A stretch of 64,000 nucleotides of DNA, taken from Octopus bimaculoides (lineage: Eukaryota). Under the pieces are notes generated by a model. The model saw only the letters and a list, made by a program, of their open reading frames with translations, did not search any database and was not told where the DNA came from. The stretch spans positions 743,229-807,228 of the forward strand of contig NC_068993.1 of the NCBI RefSeq assembly GCF_001194135.2. Direction: 5' to 3'. Numbering within the stretch: position 1 is the stretch's first letter; each line of letters begins with the position of its first letter. This document shows positions 38,958-51,389 of the stretch, one piece after another. The position numbers and the translations under genes are program-made.

Positions 38958-41850
38958 NNNNNNNNNNNNNNNNNNNNNNNNNNNNNNNNNNNNNNNNNNN
39001 NNNNNNNNNNNNNNNNNNNNNNNNNNNNNNNNNNNNNNNNNNNNNNNNNNNNNNNNNNNNNNNNNNNNNNNNNNNNNNNNNNNNNNNNNNNNNNNNNNNN
39101 NNNNNNNNNNNNNNNNNNNNNNNNNNNNNNNNNNNNNNNNNNNNNNNNNNNNNNNNNNNNNNNNNNNNNNNNNNNNNNNNNNNNNNNNNNNNNNNNNNNN
39201 NNNNNNNNNNNNNNNNNNNNNNNNNNNNNNNNNNNNNNNNNNNNNNNNNNNNNNNNNNNNNNNNNNNNNNNNNNNNNNNNNNNNNNNNNNNNNNNNNNNN
39301 NNNNNNNNNNNNNNNNNNNNNNNNNNNNNNNNNNNNNNNNNNNNNNNNNNNNNNNNNNNNNNNNNNNNNNNNNNNNNNNNNNNNNNNNNNNNNNNNNNNN
39401 NNNNNNNNNNNNNNNNNNNNNNNNNNNNNNNNNNNNNNNNNATTTTCTCTCTCTCTCTCCTTAAACGCCAATTCCAAGATGACTCTAGCAAATAAAACTG
39501 AAGATTATATCTTAATCCCTCAGCGAGGTGTTGATTCCCTCATAGCCAAGAAGTTTTTAAAACACTATTTCATAGCGTTATTTACTTACAATTTCCAAAC
39601 TATAGAATATCCTTGTTTTGCATTTATTGACAAACTTCAACAGTTTGATTGATATCTTGTTGCTTATGGCGTCGGCGTCTTTGGTGAGACAAAAACTGAT
39701 GGAAAGCAGGACAAACGGTGAAGGGAACTTTTGTTCAGATTAACAAAAAAAAAAAAAAATCGATTCAGAGTTAATCAGGGATCTCAGTCAAGTAATTCTG
39801 CTGTAAATGATAAAGTTGTGAACCTCTCGATGACAGAACTTTTCCATGTCGGTAATTTAGTTCTATTTTATAAGAATAGTTGAAAATTATTTCATTAACA
39901 TTTCCTTGTAAAATTTATCACACAATTTTTGTAACTTTTTATTTTTTATACATAGGTTTTTAACAACATAAATTTGACCTTTTTAACGAACTAATTCAAT
40001 AATTTCCTCCCAACATGTAGTCTCCCCTTAAATGTCCTATTTTAAATTTTCTCACAATGCCGCCGTATGAGTTTTCACACCAAATTAATATCGTATAATG
40101 TTAGACGAGTGTTTCCAGACACTCTCCATACAAAGCAATTAATTATTCATTTGATTAATTAGTGAAATATGCATGGTCACAACTGTAGTTAAAGAACAAC
40201 TTGAAGAAATGTTTCTTTTATAGCTTATAAGACTTAGATTTAATAAACAACTTTTTTTTCCTAAATATCAAGGAAGTTTTATTTAATTACAATTTAAAGT
40301 CCGTTAGGATGCCTTCCCCCCTCCCTTCCCTAAAACAATCAAGGATGACTGTAAATATCTTTTATTTGTTTATATAAATTAAACTTATTGGAATGTCCAA
40401 GAATATAGCTTAGTTTGCAGTCAATGTAAATTCTTCTAAAATAACCTGCTTTATATTGCCAAGTTTTTCTAATTCTATGAATATCTTGAAAATAATGTCC
40501 AAGTCAAATGTAAAAAAAACACTAAGCTGAAATTTAGTAAAAATAGTTCATTCAAAACCGGTTTGAGATATTTCTCTGCAATAAAATATTTAAAACTTTC
40601 TTTTACTTTCTAAATATTTATCAAACCATTAAAAATATATTTTTAAACTATTCAATTGAATACTTTTAATTCATAAGATGGAATATCTTTGAAATTTATG
40701 AAGAAAGTCAATTGCAAGAAATATTTAAAAAGTTAATCTTAGTATCTTAAATTGATATATAAACTGCTTGCAATTCTTCTGTGTTCTTTTTTATACAACA
40801 ATTTTAGAATTTCAAACTAAATGCTGCTGTAAAATCCAGCTGTTTTCATGAGTTTCAAATGTAAGGTCTGTTTTGTTTTTGAAATATTATATTTTTGATC
40901 TTAGGAGGTGATTGTTTGTATTTCAAATGAAACTGTTTAAAGGTTAATCTTTAATACTAGTGTTTATTTTCTGTGTTAGATATCACCAAGTAAAAGAATA
41001 GATTTATATAGAAAACTTATTATTACCTGTCTATGGATTACAACTTAACAACCATGTGTCATTAGGAATAACTTTATGCAAATTACAAAATATACTTGGT
41101 GAGGCAATATCATTTTTCAAGAGATAGGGAAAAATGAGAGTGGATTTTTTGTTTGGTTCTTTTTCATGATGTTGGTATAGAAGTGAATATTTCCATATAT
41201 GTGAGATTATTCTGTGACAATAGATGACATTCTTGATGTTTTGTATAAGAGGGTGCAGCGATATGATTCTCAGATAATCTTTATTCAGAAACTGATGTGA
41301 ATTCTAAATTAAATTTATAAAGTTGCAAGTTAAACATAAGAAATTTTTTTTTTATTTCCAGGAAAGAAATATTGATGTCTGAGTGAAGAATGTTTCAGAT
41401 GTTGATTAATGAATGTCAGAGAATATTTGGGGTAAATAATGTTGACTTAATCAAGCAAAGGTGGTTAGTTTAGGAAATGTATAGTTTGATGAAACTTTTC
41501 TATATAATAGTTGCATGAGAATTAAGGCAAGTCGCAGCAGATGCATACCTTTGTTCTAACCAATATTCTTAGATTCTTCATCATTATTCCTTTGGGACTC
41601 TGGTTTTAGTTTCTCCTATTAACACACTAAAAACAAACCACCCACATAAAAATAACCAAAAAAAAATTTTTTAATGTATAATTTAATTCTTTCAAAGCAT
41701 GGATTTTACATGATTTTTCTCTGTAAAAATCATTTTCTGTAATTAACTTATTTAGAAATTTAGTGTGTTTTCTATTTCTAAAATAGTTGAAAGCTAAAAT
41801 TGACAAGTTAAACAATTTTGAAGTAGTCACAATCCAACATTTGGATTCAG
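34909..41850 (+). other. Probable long 3' UTR of the neurocalcin gene (3' end uncertain)
   Basis: Follows the stop codon; very AT-rich with U/A runs; several AATAAA (35241, 35663, 36500, 36766); no recognisable SINE or RTE copies for ~7 kb. Confidence 0.4.
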
Positions 41851-42259
41851 GATTTTTCATGATTTCTTCTGACTAGGCACAACATGAATTTTGCAAGGGA
41901 GACGTATAGTCTGTTGAATTATCCCCTATATATTACTGGTATTTATTGATCCCAAACTAATGATGAAAAGCAAAATTGATGTTGGCGAGAAGACCAAGAT
42001 GTGAAACTAGATACTCCTAAAAGGCATTCCCTCCTTCTCATTCCTGTGCTTCATTCATCTTAACATCTGCAAATGATGGAAAGTGTTTCTTATATTGGAT
42101 TGTCAGAACATTAGAATGTCTTGGAGAATATTTTCAATTTCTATAAGCACCTTCAATAACCAGGATTGACTGCTGTTTGGATTGGAATCTTATACATATT
42201 AATGTTTGTTTTTACATTAATCTGATGGATTACTCATTACTTTTGTAGAGTACAAGTTT

Positions 42260-42400
42260 ATTATTCTTAAATGTGAATGTTGTTGACAGTAACTTTGAAG
42301 TTTCGGCCAGTTAAGTCATCATTGGACTACCTGTCCGGTGATGGCTTAACTGGCCAAAACTTTGAAGTCGCTGTCAATAATATTCTTGTTTAAGAATGAT
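42260..42400. repeat. 68-bp imperfect inverted repeat with 5-nt loop
   Basis: Arms 42260-42327 and 42333-42400 align without gaps: 54 Watson-Crick, 11 G-U (+ strand), 3 mismatches. Confidence 0.9.
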
Positions 42401-43599
42401 ATAATATTTCTCTGATTGGTTATGATTAAATGACTGCTGAAGCTATGTAATGCAGTGTGCATTACATAATACACATGACTAAATTGTTGACATCCTTGTT
42501 TATTGGATGTTTAGTCAGTCTCTTGCACAATGATGAAACAATTGTAAACCATGGAATAAATGTAATACCATATACTCCATTCTTCACACACACATATATA
42601 TAAAGCAGTATAGTAACATTTAAGTGTTGCTAAGATGCTTGGAATGATATAAATGGTGGTGGTCACAGACGGAATGCCACCTTTCAGTATTTAGTTCCCG
42701 TCCTTATACATTCCGAAATCCAATCTTGCCATAGTCAATGTTGCTTCTCATTTCTCCAGGGAGAAGCACATATATACCAGTCATATACTAGGCTCATTTC
42801 AACTGACTATATCCCTTCTTCCCTACAAATTTGTGGGTTTTTTTGCCAATCTGAAAAATATGTCTTCTAGAAGTGGTTTAATAAACATTTAAGAAATCCT
42901 AAATGAATTTTATATCCATAAAAACCAAAAACAAAACTAAGATATAAATAAAATGATTTGGAACTGAAATTAGGGGTTTAATTAAAAATAAAATTAATGC
43001 AATTCTGAACACTGCCTTTCACCAAAGAACTGTTTTCTTCTTGGAGTAAAGGTTAGTGTTGGAATAGATGAAACTTGTTCTTCATGATTTTTAAGTCTGA
43101 TGTTATTTCCATCTTTGTGAAACAACATGCTGGATGTTTATAATATTAAATCTACTACTGATAGATGGAACTGGCATGAACAAAGGTTTTCTATGTGACT
43201 TTGAGAATGATTGGTGATTCTATAGAGAAGGAGCAATACAGGGCTGTTTGTAGATGATTCTTTTATGGAATTATCTTTTGGGAGCAGTGACCAGGTTCAA
43301 CATGGTGGAAGACTGAATATAGCAGTTTATGCAGATATCACTTCACACGACAATTAATGCCACTTTTTACAAATGTCTGATTATTGAAAAAACAAAACAA
43401 AAACAAGGGAAACCTATTAACCATTGTAGAGAAATCCAATTGGTTACTTGTGGTGGTGGTAGTTGTTTTTTCTGCAGAGTGAAGTCGGCACCTTACAGTG
43501 TCAAAGCATATTCACTTTCTAAATATTGTTTCTCTGACGGCTAATTCTTCAGTCTGTCGCAATGTATTCTACTAAGAAACCAAACATCTACTGTCCTGT

Positions 43600-43705
43600 T
43601 TATCTACCTATCTAGCCATCCATCTATCTGTGTCTATTTATCTATTGATCTGTGTGTCTATCCATCTATCTACCTACCTACCTACCTACCTACCTACCTA
43701 TCTAT
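43600..43705. repeat. (ATCT)/(ACCT)n microsatellite
   Basis: Read directly. Confidence 0.85.
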
Positions 43706-45139
43706 GTCTTATCTCTCTATTTACCTATCTTATCCTACCCTGTGTAAGTGTATGCGCCAGCTGCACGACCCACAATCAATGCTTGATCTGCCTTTTTACA
43801 CGGGACTGCTCCCATATTTACATTTCCTTATTGCTAAGAATTTCAAGTTGCAATCACACTTCAATTCTTCTTTTCTGACCAACAAAGTTGCATAAAAAAT
43901 AAAATGTTTTTTTCAGCTTTGAAAACCTCACTGCCATGCCCTTGTTTATATTTTTCAATCACCTGACATGAAACTATTTTCACGTCTCTCTTCTGTTACC
44001 TTTTTAATATTTTTTCCCCTCATAACTAATGAAAAAAACTTGCCCAACAACACAATAAGAGATGTTTATAAACAGATTTTTTTTTTTTTTCAAAACCAGC
44101 CAAAATGTTTCAGAATTCTACTGTTCTATTGATGGTATCTTTATGTTCTTTCAAATCAATCTTTTTGGAAACTGATGCAGCTTTGATGAATTTCAAAATT
44201 AAAAAAAAAAATATTTGTTTCTTGTCGAAATAATTTAAAAAATGAGTTTGGGGTTTTTATTGCTAATTTAAGAGAAATTTTTCCAATAAAGATGTGTGTT
44301 TTTGCTATTGTATTGAGCTAAAATTGATTATTTAGCTTACTTTCAATGTAAAAGAGGAAGTAAAAAAAACAAACAAACCAGCAAACAATGCTATAACATA
44401 CAAAAATAAATGTCATGTATGAGACAATAGTCCAGTGATCAAGACTCAAGTATGATGGACAAAGTACCTAACGAGTAATTAAAAAAAACAAACAAACAAC
44501 AAACTAACATGTTCTATATAAAATATTTCGGGTCATTGCAAGAAAATGGAACAAGATGATTAAAAAAAAAAAAAGAGAAGCAAAGCAACTACTATGCTAG
44601 AGAAAGATTTTGTGAAGAGAACACTGCTAATAGAGTGTGTGCCAAAACAGTTGAGAGGAATTTTATTTGAACTTTTGTTAGATTTCTGATTACTGTTTGG
44701 AATATAAGAAAATGGTTTCTGTAAGTAATGGAAATATTAAAGAAAGCCAAAAACAAAAAAAAAATTATGAAAAGAAAAAAATACGGTACCCCAAGATCAG
44801 ATATCGTTCTTGAAGGATTTTGTTGTATTTTGAACTGTTTCAATTAACAAAGGTGTCTGGAGGGAAAAGTCTGTAGCACAATGTGTTAGGAAGTCGTTAG
44901 AGGTCGGTTTAATTGAGGGAAGAGATTTGAAAGTCTTTCTTTTCTTGAAAATGGTGATTATTTCCTAAAAATTCTGATCTTGTTTCATAGAAGAAAGAAA
45001 AAAAAAAAGTCGTTTTATGCTTAAAATGTCAGGCACGATATAAGACCTCCAACAGAAGTGGAACGATTTCTCATAGGAATCAAAATTGGATTTCTGTATT
45101 TTTAGAAAGTTAACACCAAAGACAATAAAATGTAATTTT

Positions 45140-45660
45140 AAGGCTCCAATCTGATCTGGCAAAGTTTCTACAGCTGGATGCTCTTACTAACGCCAACCAC
45201 TTTGAGAGTGTAGTGGGTGCTTTTTATGTGCCACCGGCATGGGAGCCAGTCAGGCGGCACTGGCAATGACCAATCTTGAATGGTGCCTTTTACATGCCAC
45301 CGACACAGGCATTGACCACGCTCGAATGGTGCTTTGTGGATTTAACATTTGTTTTCCATGCTGGCATGGGTTAGATGGTTTGACCGGGCTGGTCAGCTGG
45401 AGGGCTGCACCAGGCTCCAGTTGTCTATTTTGGCTTGGCTTTTATGGCTGGATACCTTTCCTAATATCAACCAATGTTCAGAGTGGACTGGCTGTCTTTT
45501 ACATGTCATTGGCTCGAGTGCCTTTTATGTGTCACTGGCCACGGCCACGGCCATGATTTCTCCGAGCTTGATGTGTCTTCTCAAATCGCCAGAAGTCTTG
45601 GTCACTTGTCAATCACCTCCGTGAAACTCAACAACCAAAGATCATATTTCATCACCTTGT
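45140..45660 (-). mobile_element. Two adjacent RTE 3'-end fragments
   Basis: Same motifs as 18898-19275 (CTACAGCTGGATGC..CTAACGCCAACCAC; TTTCCATGCTGGCATGGG). Confidence 0.75.
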
Positions 45661-45789
45661 CCTGTGTCTACCTCTTCAACAGGTTCCTTTCGTGTTCACA
45701 CACAATGTCTGTGTGTATATTTATGTATAAATACAAATGTATAATACTTCTATGGTTGCCTCTTGTCTCTCTGAGAAAGACTGTTCTGC

Positions 45790-46055
45790 AGTTTCTTTGT
45801 CGAACGACCTGCACCAATGATTTGTTTATTGTAGCCAAATGTTTTTGTGTTGCACATCAGCTCGCTCCCTGCATCCAACCGACATTGCCACTAGAGGGAG
45901 GCACAAGTTTGCCATGCATCAGACATTGGAATGGTCACATAGCAAAGTGGCATGAATTGTTTTGCTCAAGAACACAGCATACTGCCCGGTCTTAGAATTG
46001 AACCACAGTCTCATGGTAATGAGTGCAACACCCTAATCACTAAGCCATGTGCCTT
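45790..46055 (-). mobile_element. SINE family C (diverged)
   Basis: Reverse strand GGCACATGGCTTAGTGATTAGGGTGTTGCACTC..TGTGTTCTTGAGCAAAAC..AAACATTTGG. Confidence 0.6.
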
Positions 46056-46104
46056 CACACACACACATATAAGTATATCTATGCTTTTGTCTGTCTGTCT
46101 GTCT

Positions 46105-46300
46105 ATACAATATGCATTCCAGAAGTTTTGAGACGTTTTTCAGGAGAGACATTTATTTCAAAGAAGTACAAAATTCTGATCTCCTTCAAAGTTGGACCCT
46201 CATACTGCAATGCACTTGTTCTGGTGCACCAGCCACTTCATAAAGGGTCCCATGAATGTCCTCCGAAGAGAAGGTGTCCAGGACTCTTGCCATAGCCCCC
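46105..46300. mobile_element. Possible mariner-derived fragment
   Basis: TTCAAAGT..GACCCTCA..CTGCAATGCACTT..CCAGCCACTT resembles mariner subterminal sequence; no ORF. Confidence 0.35.
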
Positions 46301-46414
46301 TTCAGCTTGGGGAACAATCAAAAGTTACAAAAAGCAAAAGTGAAGGGCACTGTTAGGGTTCGTCACAGAGTGTCCTGGCATGAAATTCCGTGCCTCTTTG
46401 GATCTACAAGAGTA

Positions 46415-46600
46415 ATTAAGGCAGCAAGTTGATAAATCGTTAATGCTTAGCAGCGTTTCTTCTGACTTTACTGCCAAGGTTGACTTTGCCTTTCATCCTT
46501 CCGGGGTCAATAAAATAGGTACCAGTTGTACACTGGAGACAATGTACTTACTCTTTCCACCGAAACTGCTGGCCTTGTGTCAAAATTGGAAATTGATATT
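46415..46600 (+). mobile_element. SINE family B
   Basis: GGCAGCAAGTTG..AAATCGTTA.TGCTTAGC...GCCAAGGTTGACTTTGCCTTTCATCCTTCCGGGGTCAATAAAATAGGTACCAGT. Confidence 0.75.
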
Positions 46601-46638
46601 GATGTTAATAAGTGTATGTATATGTGCATATATACATA

Positions 46639-46914
46639 TGATGTATGAGGGTTTGACAATTTCCTACTGAACAACCACACAAATGATTTGTATATAGCGA
46701 TCAAATGTTTGTGGAGACATAAGCTCACTTCCTCCAACAAATCGATATTACCTGTTCAGGTGCAACTGGGTGCTACCACATGTCAGGTGTCGAAATGATC
46801 GCAGAGCAATGTGAAATGAAGCACTTTGCTTGAGAACACAACGCCCAGTCTGGGAATCGAACCCACGATCTCGCAATCGTGAGTGTAACATCCTGACTAC
46901 TAAGCCATGCACCT
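46639..46914 (-). mobile_element. SINE family C
   Basis: Reverse strand GTGCATGGCTTAGTAGTCAGG..GGGTTCGATTCCCAGACTGGG...AAATTGTCAAACCCTCATACATC. Confidence 0.75.
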
Positions 46915-46940
46915 TCATACACACACACATACATATGTAT

Positions 46941-47108
46941 AGGTGCAAGTGTGGCTCTGTGGTAAGAAATTTGCTTCCCAACCCCATGGTCCCAGGTTCA
47001 ATCCCACTGCATAGCACTTTGAGCAAGTGTCTTTTACTGGAGACCCAAGCTGACTAAAGCCTTGTGAATGGGTTTAGTTGATGGAAACTGAAAGAAACCT
47101 CTTGTATA
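46941..47108 (+). mobile_element. SINE family A, near full length
   Basis: GTGGCTCTGTGGTAAGAA (A-box), GGTTCAATCCC (B-box), TTTGAGCAAGTGTCTT core-like block, GGAAACTGAAAGAAAC tail. Confidence 0.8.
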
Positions 47109-47199
47109 TGTATGTATATATTGTTTGTTTGTGTTACTGTCTCATTTGCTTGGCTTCAAGTGATAGTTGTATATGAATGTCACCATCATGCAAGTGGTG

Positions 47200-47360
47200 T
47201 CCTTCCAATGAAAATGTGTCTAGTCAAAGGAAGTTTTACTTTGCTTGGAAAGAGGTAAGGATTAGTGACAGGAAGGGCATCCCAGCTGCAGGAAATCCAC
47301 CTGAACAAACTCTGTCCTTCTCATGCAAGCATGGAAAAGTGGATGTTAAACAATTGTGAT
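47200..47360 (+). mobile_element. RTE 3'-end fragment
   Basis: GACAGGAAGGGCATCCCAGCTG...CATGCAAGCATGGAAAAGTGGATGTTAAA. Confidence 0.7.
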
Positions 47361-47381
47361 GTGTGTGTGTATAAATATATG

Positions 47382-47421
<40 letters not shown>

Positions 47422-47431
47422 TTACAATTGT

Positions 47432-47484
47432 TAGAGTGCCTCTATATAGTGTGCCACTCGGGCACACTATATAGAGGCACTCTA
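47432..47484. repeat. Perfect 24-bp inverted repeat with 5-nt loop
   Basis: TAGAGTGCCTCTATATAGTGTGCC-ACTCG-GGCACACTATATAGAGGCACTCTA. Confidence 0.95.
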
Positions 47485-50339
47485 TCGATGAATGATGTCA
47501 GGGAACAGAGACCTGTGCATAAAGTTCTCAGATCAGCTAATCCCAGATTAAGGACATTACACTGAAACAACAGGATTTGGTGAACTTATGAATGGTCTGA
47601 GGGAGGTTTAGCTGCTGCTTCTTATGAAGGTGGTTTGCAGTGGAGTGAAATATTTTTCTGTGAAGAAGTTTACCATTTAGAAGAGAATCCTTCGGTAAAC
47701 TCTGCCCTTTGTCAACAGGAAATGGTTCTGCCAAAAATATGAAATTTACTCATGGAAAAATAATTTGGTTGAAAGTAAGACAGTCTTAGATTTCATCCTG
47801 ACATTTGATGTATTTTGGAAGCAAAATATTCTAAACATCTGTTCCTGTTGCCATAGACAATTGGTACTTCATGAAAATTGAGACAGTTTCTGAAAGAGAA
47901 TTAGAAGGAAGGGCCAAAATGTGGATAAATTTTCTGATAAGGATAACTTTTTTGAAATATATGTAACGTATAATCAGCAAACAATTCTAACTGATGGGAA
48001 TTTTAGCAATGGCATTGCAGCAATTGGGTTTCAAAGAAAATCTTCAAGATCTTCGAAATAAAGCACATGTGTGCCATTGCAAAGATTTCCTTCAAAAGAA
48101 GTACATGCTACTCATTAGATTCCAATAAAAGAATAACTACAATTAAAAAAAAAACAAGATCTTTCTGCCAAATCCATTGGTTATCAAAGAAATCCTTTAT
48201 AAACTAGAATTTCTTTACATTTTGTTTTTCCTTTTCATTATCTGTCTTGTAGAAGTGAATGTATTATTGTTTCTGCCAGAGGAACATAATACCGAAACAC
48301 AGTACTAAAGAATTCACAACAAGAGATGAAGGGAAACAAAGAATATGAATCTGTATTCTTTGATGCAGAAATGGCTGAAGCTAGAAACAATGAGAATAAT
48401 GAAAGAAAGATATGAGAAGAATAATAAAGAATTAAATCAAGCTAAATGGTAAATCTATAATTATAGGAAAAAAAGGATATAAATATAAAGGGAAGAAGAC
48501 GACGAAGAAGAAGAAGAAGCTAGATGAGTTCAGTAGACAACATAGTGGAAGAGAAGTCAGTAAATGGATACAACAGGGAAATAAGAATAGGTTTTACATA
48601 AGAATTGAATGAAGAAGAAGAGATTCAAAGGAAGAAAGAGAGAGAGATTATGAAGAATAGAAACTAGCTTCAGCAGCAGATAATGATGTGTGTGTGTGTG
48701 TATGTAGCATATGTAATGTATTTATGTATATATGTGTATGTAGGCATGCGTGTATGTATGTGTACATGTACTTATGCATATATGTATGTATGAATGCTTC
48801 TTTCTCTCTCTGTGTATAAATGCATGTATGAATGTGTGTCTATGTATGGTATGTGTATATGCATGTACTTATATGTATGTATGTTTCTTTGAAATGATTT
48901 TAAGTTTTACCATTGAAGAATTCAAGCTGGTCACTCACAAGAGGGACTTGTGGTTACCTGAATTGGTTGATGTGTGTGTGTATGGATAAACCTGCACTTG
49001 TGTGTGTGTGTGTTTGTATACTTGTGTGCATACGTATAATGATGATGATAATCAGCATCATCATTTTAAGTTAACTTTCCATGCTGGCATGGGTTGCACA
49101 GACTGTCATTGTTCATACCAGTTATTATTCAGGGTTACTGCCTTCCTAGATAGGTCAATTAATCATATTTGCTTGTGTACTTCATTTTCAGTTTAGTTTC
49201 TAAAGCTGGATACATTTCCCAACACCAACCTCTTTACAGAACGGACTGGGAACATTTTATTGGGGCACCAAAACTAAAGAGGTTGTCATGTCCTCAGCAA
49301 GACTAATGAGTCTTCTTGGTCCTGCGTTGTTTCAGCACAGATGCCAACCATTTAAAGACATCTTCTGGTCTATTGAACGTACATTATCATGATACCAGAT
49401 CTCATGAGTTTGCCGTGTACTCCTATAAGACTAAAAACCTTCACTACTCTCTGTTCACTCAAGCAGTGAGACTAACAGGATGATTGGAAGGTAATGCAAT
49501 GACAGAAGCAAATCCAGGGTGAATGCATGAAAAGAGCAGGAATAGGATACGGAAAGGGGGTGATTGGGGGCTGAGAGGGTGGTTGAGGGATGAGTAATGG
49601 AAGGGAGGCAGTGATGGCAGTTACATGTTTGCTTTTGAGAGTCAACGAGTGATGCATAGCAGAAGAGTTGGGTGGCAGTAAGAGAGATCAATGATAGGTA
49701 GCCTGGGGAAGAGGGAGTAGCGACTAGCGGCACAGATGGAATATGGAATGGTGTTTTGGATAGAAAGAGATCCATAAACCTTGTGATGGGTGAGAGAAAC
49801 TAATTGATAACGATAGTGATTGAATACAGATAGGTTGAATTTCATTCTTCTTTACATGAGAAGTGAATGTACATAAATTCACTTCTCAACCAAACAATCT
49901 GTCCATTATTTATCTTCTGAGTCTTTGCTCTAAGTGACTGAACAAATCAGTGAGCAGTGAGAGTTCTTTAGTCTTACACAGTACATGGCCACCTCTCTAG
50001 TGCTAGTGCCAAGATAAAGTACACCCTGTACATTTCCATAGTTTGATTGGTAAATGAGTGGAGAATGATTCATAGTCTTTAGTCTCATTGAGGATGTGTC
50101 TGGTTTTTACTTTCTTTCGAACCAACTCGGATTTCCAGCTCTGAACCACAATATCCCCATATGCCATAAAAGGCATGGCTAACCCATTGAGAGGCCAGAG
50201 AACCTATGTAAATGTTTACTGGCTGCCCAGTATTTGTTGGTGTGTATCAGTCAACAGAGGGCAAACATCAAAGGAAAGTTACAGAAGTTTTTCCTGCCAA
50301 TTTGTAATTGAAAGATTCTAGAAAGTCCTTGACCCCCCA

Positions 50340-50545
50340 CAAGGACCTGACAATCTCACTTGTGCTGGTGTTATGATAAAAAGACACTCAGTCACTCTGT
50401 AAAATGGTTGGTGATAGGAAGAGCATCCAGCTGTAGACACCAAGCAAGAAATGAAACGATTCTGACCTCTGAACCATAGCAACTCTTCTGACTCATGCTT
50501 GCATGGAAAGCAGGCATAGAATGATGATGATGATGATGATGATGA
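50340..50545 (+). mobile_element. RTE 3'-end fragment with (GAT)n tail
   Basis: ATAGGAAGAGCATCCAGCTGTAGA...GCATGGAAAGCAGG followed by (ATG)n. Confidence 0.7.
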
Positions 50546-51389
50546 AACAATATCATGCAGGTTATAAATTTATACACAAAACTACAACTAAGAACGTTTA
50601 TAGATTGTAAAATTATTGCAGATTCTTTAGATTACTTAACTAATATCTAAAATTTAATTAAAACATATTTAAAATTATTTCTAGCTTTGAAATCTCACTT
50701 TAAAATAATTTATCTGAAGTAGTATAAACTCAAATATTTACAAAAGAATATAATTGAATTCCTTCACACTATTCCTCCGTATATACCTGGTACATATTTT
50801 ATTCGTTCTGGTGGGATTAAAACCAAATTGACTAAGGAAGGAACCCAGAAACTAGGAATTCGAAATCCTCAACAAAAAATAGTTGTTTAGCCTTAGGTCA
50901 GCCCCGTCATTTAAGACAATCCATCTGTGACCACCATCTGTTATTATATACCAAGTTCGACAAATTTTCAGTCTCCTTTCATTTGAAGATAGTAGATTGT
51001 GATTGGAAGGGAGGTAGGATGTTGACTGCTATTTTTAGCCGGTCAAACGGCCATGTAGAGTTCGCAGTGATTCTACAAATGTTACTGTTTAACCTCAGAT
51101 CAGCAGACCTATAATGAAAGGCATTCCAGTCACAACCAACCCCTCTTATTCCCATGCATAGAGAACTCAAGATTATATTATCCAGCACCTCCATTTTTTA
51201 AAAGACGATGTGATTTGGCTGCTATTTCTAGCAGACTACATTGACGCTGAATCTTTGGCTCTACAGCAGTGACTGATAGTGGTAATGTTCAACTGTCTCT
51301 ACAGAGGCTTTCTAGTCACACCATTTCTCTAGCTAATAGACAAAGCCATGAATCAACACATCATATAAGTCTGTTATTTATTTTATGAA

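Noticed and set aside
47560-48130. Short coding-looking frames (e.g. EPFPVDKGQSLPKDSLLNG on the minus strand)
   Set aside because: No recognisable family, and phases could not be chained with neighbouring candidate exons.
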